Shown piece by piece: positions 28,701-30,359 of a stretch of DNA of 30,359 nucleotides (the stretch's first letter is position 1; every line of letters begins with the position of its first letter). The DNA comes from a virus (lineage: Duplodnaviria; Caudoviricetes): positions 1-30,359 of the IMG/VR virus record IMGVR_UViG_3300025030_000335; one strand, written 5' to 3'. The position numbers and the translations under genes are program-made. The notes beneath the pieces are model-generated. The model ran no database searches. It was given only the letters and a program-made list of their open reading frames with translations, and was not told the origin of the DNA.

Positions 28701-30342
28701 GGGGCGTGGCGCCGGTCTGTACCAGATTCGCCGGGCCAACCATCTGATTGAGGGATACGACCAAACCGACGCGGTCAAGAAATATGAGGATTACGTTAAT
28801 AGCACGGCCGGGATGTTCAGTAAGGCCCGCTATGCCCTGCGGCAGTTCCACAATATGAAGAACGTGGCGCCCAAGCTGCGTAACTGGGCTACGCGCTATT
28901 TTGCCGACAGCCTGCGCAATATGGGCGCCGGTGATCGTTTGTCCGGGAATGTCCGTGCGGTGGTGTCGCTCTGGTATCTGGGATTCAATGCCAGCTGGAT
29001 GCTGGTCAACTCTACCCAGCCGCTGGTATTGGGTCAGGCGGAGTTGTCCCGCTACACGGAATCACCGTTCCTGAAGATTGCCAAGGCGGAGAAGGATCTG
29101 TTGACCGGCAACCTGACCGAAGAGGAAAAGGGAATTCTGCAGGAGCATGCCACCATCACCCAGGACCGGGACAGCATGATGGCAGAAATGACCGGTGCGC
29201 TGGACGGTGTGGGGGGCAAGGCCAGCAAGGCGCTGCATGGTGCTGTTCAGGTTGCCATGGCGCTGGGGCAGAAGGTGGAGGTGCTGAACCGGCATACGAT
29301 GATTATTGCGGCGTATCGGGTGATGCGCGAGAAAAATATGGACCGGGCGGAGGCATACCGGAAAGCGCTGGAGATCAACAGCGCCGTTAATATCGATATG
29401 GGGCGTTACAACCTGCCCCGCTGGGCACGCGGGCCGGTGGGACGCACCTTTTATTCGCTGCAATCCTATATCCAGCACATGCTGAATTACCTGTACCATC
29501 GCAGCAGCAGCGGCAACCGTGCCGATCAGAAAGCGGTGTTGCGCCTGCTGTTCGCCATGTTCCTGTTGGGCGGTGCGCCGGTGGGTGCGCCCGGTAGTGA
29601 TGAGCTGGATAAACTGATTCAGCGGCTGTTTGGATATTCTCCCAAGCTGGCCCTGAAAGGGTGGACCCGCAAGTTTGCCCAGGAGTACGCCAGCGCCGGA
29701 GAAATGCTGGAAGGTTTTGTGTGGCACGGTATCCCGGGTGCGTTCAAACCTTTTGGGGTGGGTGTGTCTCTGACCGGAGCGACCCAGCTGCGGATCCCGA
29801 TCATCTCCAACATGATTGCCGGGGATGATATGACCAGGAGCCTGACCGGCCCAGTGGGCGGTTTGGTGCAGAAGGGGGTGATGGCCGGCAAGGCGCTGCA
29901 GCGTGGTGATGCAACCAGGGCGGTGGAGTATCTGGCACCGACGGTGGTTGGCAATATGATGAGCGCTGTGCGGCAATCAACCGATGGGGTTAAGACCGGT
30001 CATGGCAAGCGGGTTGATTACAAGGGTAAACCACTGAAGATGGAGCCGCAAGAGGCGGTGTTGCGGGCAGTGGGGCTGCAGCCGGTGCGCACGGCGGATA
30101 TTTCGGAGACACGCGGTAAGCAGTTTGATCTGTCCCGCGAATGGCGTGAACGGCGCCAGGATGCGCTGGATAACTATCGCAACAGCCGCAAGCTGAAGTA
30201 TGTGGCCGAGTTCAACCGCGAGCTGAAGGCAAGCCAGGCAGCCGGCATTATCAATCCGATCACGGCGGATTCGATGAAGCAGGTGTGGGGCAAGCCGGAC
30301 AAGAAGAAGGCGGCATGGGAAAAACGCTATGGTGTGGAGTAA
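19783..30342 (+). CDS. Giant polyvalent virion/ejection protein (3519 aa)
   Basis: LPD5-like '[12 protein letters not shown]' (~23341). LPD1-like 'FGFR.AEFGNW...AFGARG...HYEP...LAHEWFHA' (~23820-25050). Zincin 'HEWHGH..EEMLA' (25312). ART-like 'WHGSPH...GTGEGAQ.YG.GLYFA' (~25830). ART-PolyVal-like '[20 protein letters not shown]...PVYL...QIKSA..NNG.FD' (~26990-27430). Helical PLxRFG-protein-type C-terminus. Confidence 0.9.
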   Translation: MPIFDSSKIAFDNDQQPGGGSFHDAAAVAFDGADTRLFSKPVPAAGGMKQVLGIASESDKAARSEADYLFKPDTLRKTFVPVPALAVSQVVQGVGGKVRQVGDVVGSEGMATWGDEFAEMGAGVEKTIQEAEPLEQGSWANSIRGGATSMYQQLPSMVAGGPLVKAGMKAAGLATSLLPMGAVTGGQSYQKLRERGFDVGAASAGSAVDELIEVGTELLPMNTAMSFATSKAKFGLKQLAATAIKYNAGEYFGEALAAMGQGVNDKYLSDPKLTPEQRQQKVDDYFSVVNPQTGNTAAWDDFTEAMRATTAQNVMMMGLGGAANRVSRSSQSSGMAPEPPASVAGAPQDGQAVPVLHESFDDIEDMPAPSGPLQRAAGQAPVVAATPVVPAASPAPAVDAPPVVAAVGDVSGRVATKEDVDELPQAREWAARQMDGGNKSLWLQDGESQRDYSWRILDPYREMNKPRSFEDSAVAVAEPSELDRAVQHNQELWQSGQRGLMQNTGTSPAQFESSLLRQYRVAMEKQNGANDQVPALRGAAEMDGQGMAVPEVQGPAIGAGSDNTQPEGGGLTNGLSALTDQAGSAPNPKEGQAVVSKEGFNGDVAIPKTGSNSLEGKAAANFRDNLVENKGLVVAGGVGKLGESSDAVKSEPLFAKSSSQSVNRDAQLVGDILGRDTFNKQGFRSLDAKTQLGVVSAMSRLVHDPQILDSVIKLVPVNMVDVLASRQLTPKMLFHDPSMLKDALSGNSNSPVSIDSETADSLVRGTAAIAAKHFPGLGDFQLGGGPVEDGSTFSAITDHNLTPEDIIAPNIHAKAGVNQPKEGVLDKDITNKDAPKVIAITSPKPPATSPRRLDSSTDSLIVAVAKLGGISRDQIDKQMGNGKELARTLNTLAGKEAKTFLHVISTKGMPLDRMREALVEQGYLKEGSSVNDLLDRLDAAQRGTSSYSTANSGAAADKAYDAELERLQDMMEDMTEAELAEFTRNQWLEEQAGLLAEASDLLDEYLDGLNQEDMTAADWQAVENDLKEALDATEFRTEGDSTADQGKVSEDATGAEEGVSAVGEGDGDGEGKAEVGGGKGRDQGPGTGKDGKQLSEGTGTKTTTDTLDVAGANDTASRTTSPSLDDTEPLSKNAGPSVLSGENQTPLIPGAKTALDDSSIAHDGKNVKQETPAARFEAGGTIVPDLIGEKIGGARKDLATSTGTVAKKKPKSDLPAWKRRYVVMEDVKTGQSRIVDTTTNRNLIRRLFTTAEEAEEALPLAVVALKHKVRMDTGGTYKITREVTERKRVTIKDGFPTEEAAMKYMVQHAEEIIEQSTYFGAEILARPEKVVRSGAERRSGNATGQAFMDAFGFRSAEFGNWNNAEERQEILNHAYDGLVDLAEVLNIPPKALSLNGELAIAFGARGQGLSGAAAHYEPAYAVINLTKMSGAGNLAHEWFHAVDNYLSRQDGSAKSEKVKNKRGDMVYPATGKDMASLGFSTRGSGVREEVRDAFKSLLESMFYKAEQYVEDTEKAEKFVGSALRNVESRLADIRRHIARDREYGAKKKAATAEQLARFDELAAKLASTQSEPIEWKMGIGVKEGAKAKDRGAFGQSRWTNDTIESISTIMKEVTGRSGFSKEGKDTLNYLASVVRDLQRRHSMLEGARNQDVKTKKIPTSYRQEAYKIDQGRTSDYWTKEEEMAARAFSAYIEDKIGAEGNTSDFLSFGSDNKYYRLYNIMPFPEGKEREAINKQFDNFFSTLKTKETDKGVAMFSLAQSDKPSILPDVEFDAVLDRITGGRVKDTHAFVVARTGFDLPAPILAVLKKQGTRPNQVDGVFHNGKVYLIRENIASKERLEELLFHEWHGHAGLYAMFDNDGKRLWDGMLKLYHTITPAVLNKVGAKYGINLMRYSHGMAKAGYSTDEIRVVLMEEMLAHLTNEYSRGDIATKIREMIGKIRAWLRDNGYASLASWGETDIAFLLKRARIYAESGVWAKNSDTTVIPSGAEILKVLREKGISDEMLQKLLNASPKFMTAWHGSPHDHNKFSNDHIGTGEGAQVYGYGLYFAGNREVAEFYRSKLTGGDKFSSITINGEPAGYYSKDLVATKAINAIIDNNGDVDAALKNLLERVKESPFKSLRNNAEAAVKFIRQNKIEVGKKGKLYQVELAPSEDEYLLWDKPLSEQSEKVREVLETVMPLSDAGIREWYINYEINNPNAWELHREYYEDAPAFDAPNTVKRSWLEESKADWISEAVSDYKQMHGDDRKSSGREFYFRQSSLKGSDKAASEYLHSLGIRGIKYLDGNSRNRSIKDIKKAFLAELEEDAGFDDVMELVGTGKFSAEQEAVLKALESDDWLGFDYPAQAISAALGNNLSDFDPSSKLVDAVAQLAKDQQFNYVIFNDEDVSIQAKFSIREDQPSVTETEAFKKWFGKSKVVDDQGKPLVVYHGTRADIKVFNMGDEGGTFFTTSPENASEYAGGWGEIGQTEGGNVMPVYLSIKNPYVVTVKQWNMAEGLDPEDAKAEGYDGYVIEEQEGGDTWIAFEPSQIKSATGNNGDFDGNNPDIRFSIREDTQKVSTVSTVDKIKQFLNPLDYSRFKDSAVDHLPNDATMWLADNIGNPYWVKENNPAAAPFYEEAKDREVTKLDNNIRMFGGLVDNDGKRTAWDKIKDLGQWSEHTTAWGKLRKEKYDKLTDKQKAAYTMLRFEGDAYNKTYETLSNALRNPRIKKAGVDAAVFDFYREALAAEEASFEEKLQIAAENMAEAGIDPEKIKGHIAEYRARYADLKGWVHRDHGEGDHVVQVYHTIDRLDFVMDEVQHKGAASDRIRLAYSPGVEISRAIEKITSELGGTFKQLRDGGMVILLQKGQGEFARERFDRLKLTNKDGKHKYQVLVYTRFVANAAQARKLAAEVKANPSAAMPRNYYEGHSYATSWNFSNKLQEADFQELRTSDMKMELVLSQAVNKAASKEGLDESAVKAIQEALVQNVAEALLGRGAGLYQIRRANHLIEGYDQTDAVKKYEDYVNSTAGMFSKARYALRQFHNMKNVAPKLRNWATRYFADSLRNMGAGDRLSGNVRAVVSLWYLGFNASWMLVNSTQPLVLGQAELSRYTESPFLKIAKAEKDLLTGNLTEEEKGILQEHATITQDRDSMMAEMTGALDGVGGKASKALHGAVQVAMALGQKVEVLNRHTMIIAAYRVMREKNMDRAEAYRKALEINSAVNIDMGRYNLPRWARGPVGRTFYSLQSYIQHMLNYLYHRSSSGNRADQKAVLRLLFAMFLLGGAPVGAPGSDELDKLIQRLFGYSPKLALKGWTRKFAQEYASAGEMLEGFVWHGIPGAFKPFGVGVSLTGATQLRIPIISNMIAGDDMTRSLTGPVGGLVQKGVMAGKALQRGDATRAVEYLAPTVVGNMMSAVRQSTDGVKTGHGKRVDYKGKPLKMEPQEAVLRAVGLQPVRTADISETRGKQFDLSREWRERRQDALDNYRNSRKLKYVAEFNRELKASQAAGIINPITADSMKQVWGKPDKKKAAWEKRYGVE
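21362..21496 (+). CDS. Nested +1-frame zinc-ribbon mini-protein (44 aa)
   Basis: [30 protein letters not shown]...; GGAG SD 7 nt before the ATG; two CPxC knuckles. Confidence 0.65.
   Translation: MALTIKCPHCEGRPKWMGREWQCPKCKARLSEQEVIILNPKEED
21514..22179 (-). CDS. HNH homing-type endonuclease nested antisense in the giant ORF
   Basis: Zn finger 'CTECG...FCSNSC', HNH core '[14 protein letters not shown]...[16 protein letters not shown]...H...H', two C-terminal HTH-like repeats. AGGGG SD 7 nt before the ATG. Confidence 0.92.
   Translation of the reverse strand: MICYCTECGTILNRTPAQLKVSKSGKVFCSNSCRASHQRIGCLTIYGYRRVTVAGKSIFEHRWVMEKHLGRKLTRSEDVHHINGDKLDNRVENLRVMNKSAHGGYHTQLSFSIETAKSLLVEGVSTKDVANQLGVSVNTLAGAFRKKGLTLNSVRGLPKFADTTRNHQPLVLDEVVSKIRSGLSLKAIAACFGYSHVTVKTFLRNNGLTFLGVRRTAGLIS
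22209..22238 (-). promoter_or_regulatory. Candidate sigma70 promoter for the nested HNH gene
   Basis: Minus strand TTGATT-18nt-TATATT in an AT-rich patch just upstream of the SD; coordinates approximate. Confidence 0.45.
22303..22333 (+). repeat. Degenerate heptamer repeat
   Basis: ACCAGTC CCAAGCC CCCGGCC ACCAGTC CCC. Confidence 0.55.
22874..23065 (+). CDS. Nested +1-frame basic helical mini-protein (63 aa)
   Basis: Perfect AAGGAGG (22861-22867) 6 nt before the ATG; amphipathic '[29 protein letters not shown]'. Confidence 0.55.
   Translation: MQPSSEPKATVQRIKEKCQKMPPAQRKVFLQSVKAMVTAKVRQRLEAAKAGTRDRGPVRTANS
23022..23046 (-). repeat. Heptamer repeat, inverted copy of the 4470 array
   Basis: Reverse complement ACCGGTC CCCGGTC CCTGGTC CCGG equals the 4470 array minus one unit. 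Confidence 0.75.
23068..23253 (-). ncRNA. Candidate antisense structured RNA with two tandem multi-stem domains
   Basis: Domain 1 (23164-23245): 10-bp closing stem with three hairpins. Domain 2 (23068-23150): ~12-bp closing stem with inner hairpins. Each unit opens with ATCATCAAGAG. Confidence 0.6.
23257..23285 (-). promoter_or_regulatory. Antisense sigma70 promoter inside the giant ORF
   Basis: Minus strand TTGACA (23285-23280), 17 nt, AATACT (23262-23257). Confidence 0.65.
26959..27441 (+). repeat. 18-bp direct repeats flanking the ART-PolyVal-like domain
   Basis: TTTTCCATCCGCGAGGAT (26959-26976) and TTTTCCATCCGTGAGGAT (27424-27441); both encode FSIRED and lie 465 bp apart. Confidence 0.75.
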
Positions 30343-30359
30343 TTGTTGAAGTTTTTGTA

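Overview
Late (virion morphogenesis) module of a podovirus-like phage or prophage, with all main genes on the + strand. Gene order: scaffold, N4-gp56-like major capsid protein, two sugar-modifying genes (a TylF-type O-methyltransferase and a methyltransferase-GT9 fusion), adaptor, fibre and nozzle genes, a long tail fibre, an HlyC-like acyltransferase, four putative ejection proteins, a phage Dam methylase, and a 3519-aa polyvalent protein. The giant protein carries LPD5/LPD1-like, zincin, two ADP-ribosyltransferase-like and a PLxRFG-type C-terminal region. A 124-bp inverted-repeat element and heptamer repeats suggest a Geobacteraceae-like host (inference). The most unusual feature is a second coding layer inside the giant gene (about 21350-23290), which stays open throughout. 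It contains an intact antisense HNH endonuclease gene, two small +1-frame genes with good Shine-Dalgarno sites (one a CxxC/CxxC zinc ribbon), and an antisense sigma70 promoter in front of a tandem pair of multi-stem RNA domains. These elements form two convergent pairs. Family assignments come from motif recognition by eye; no database search was run.
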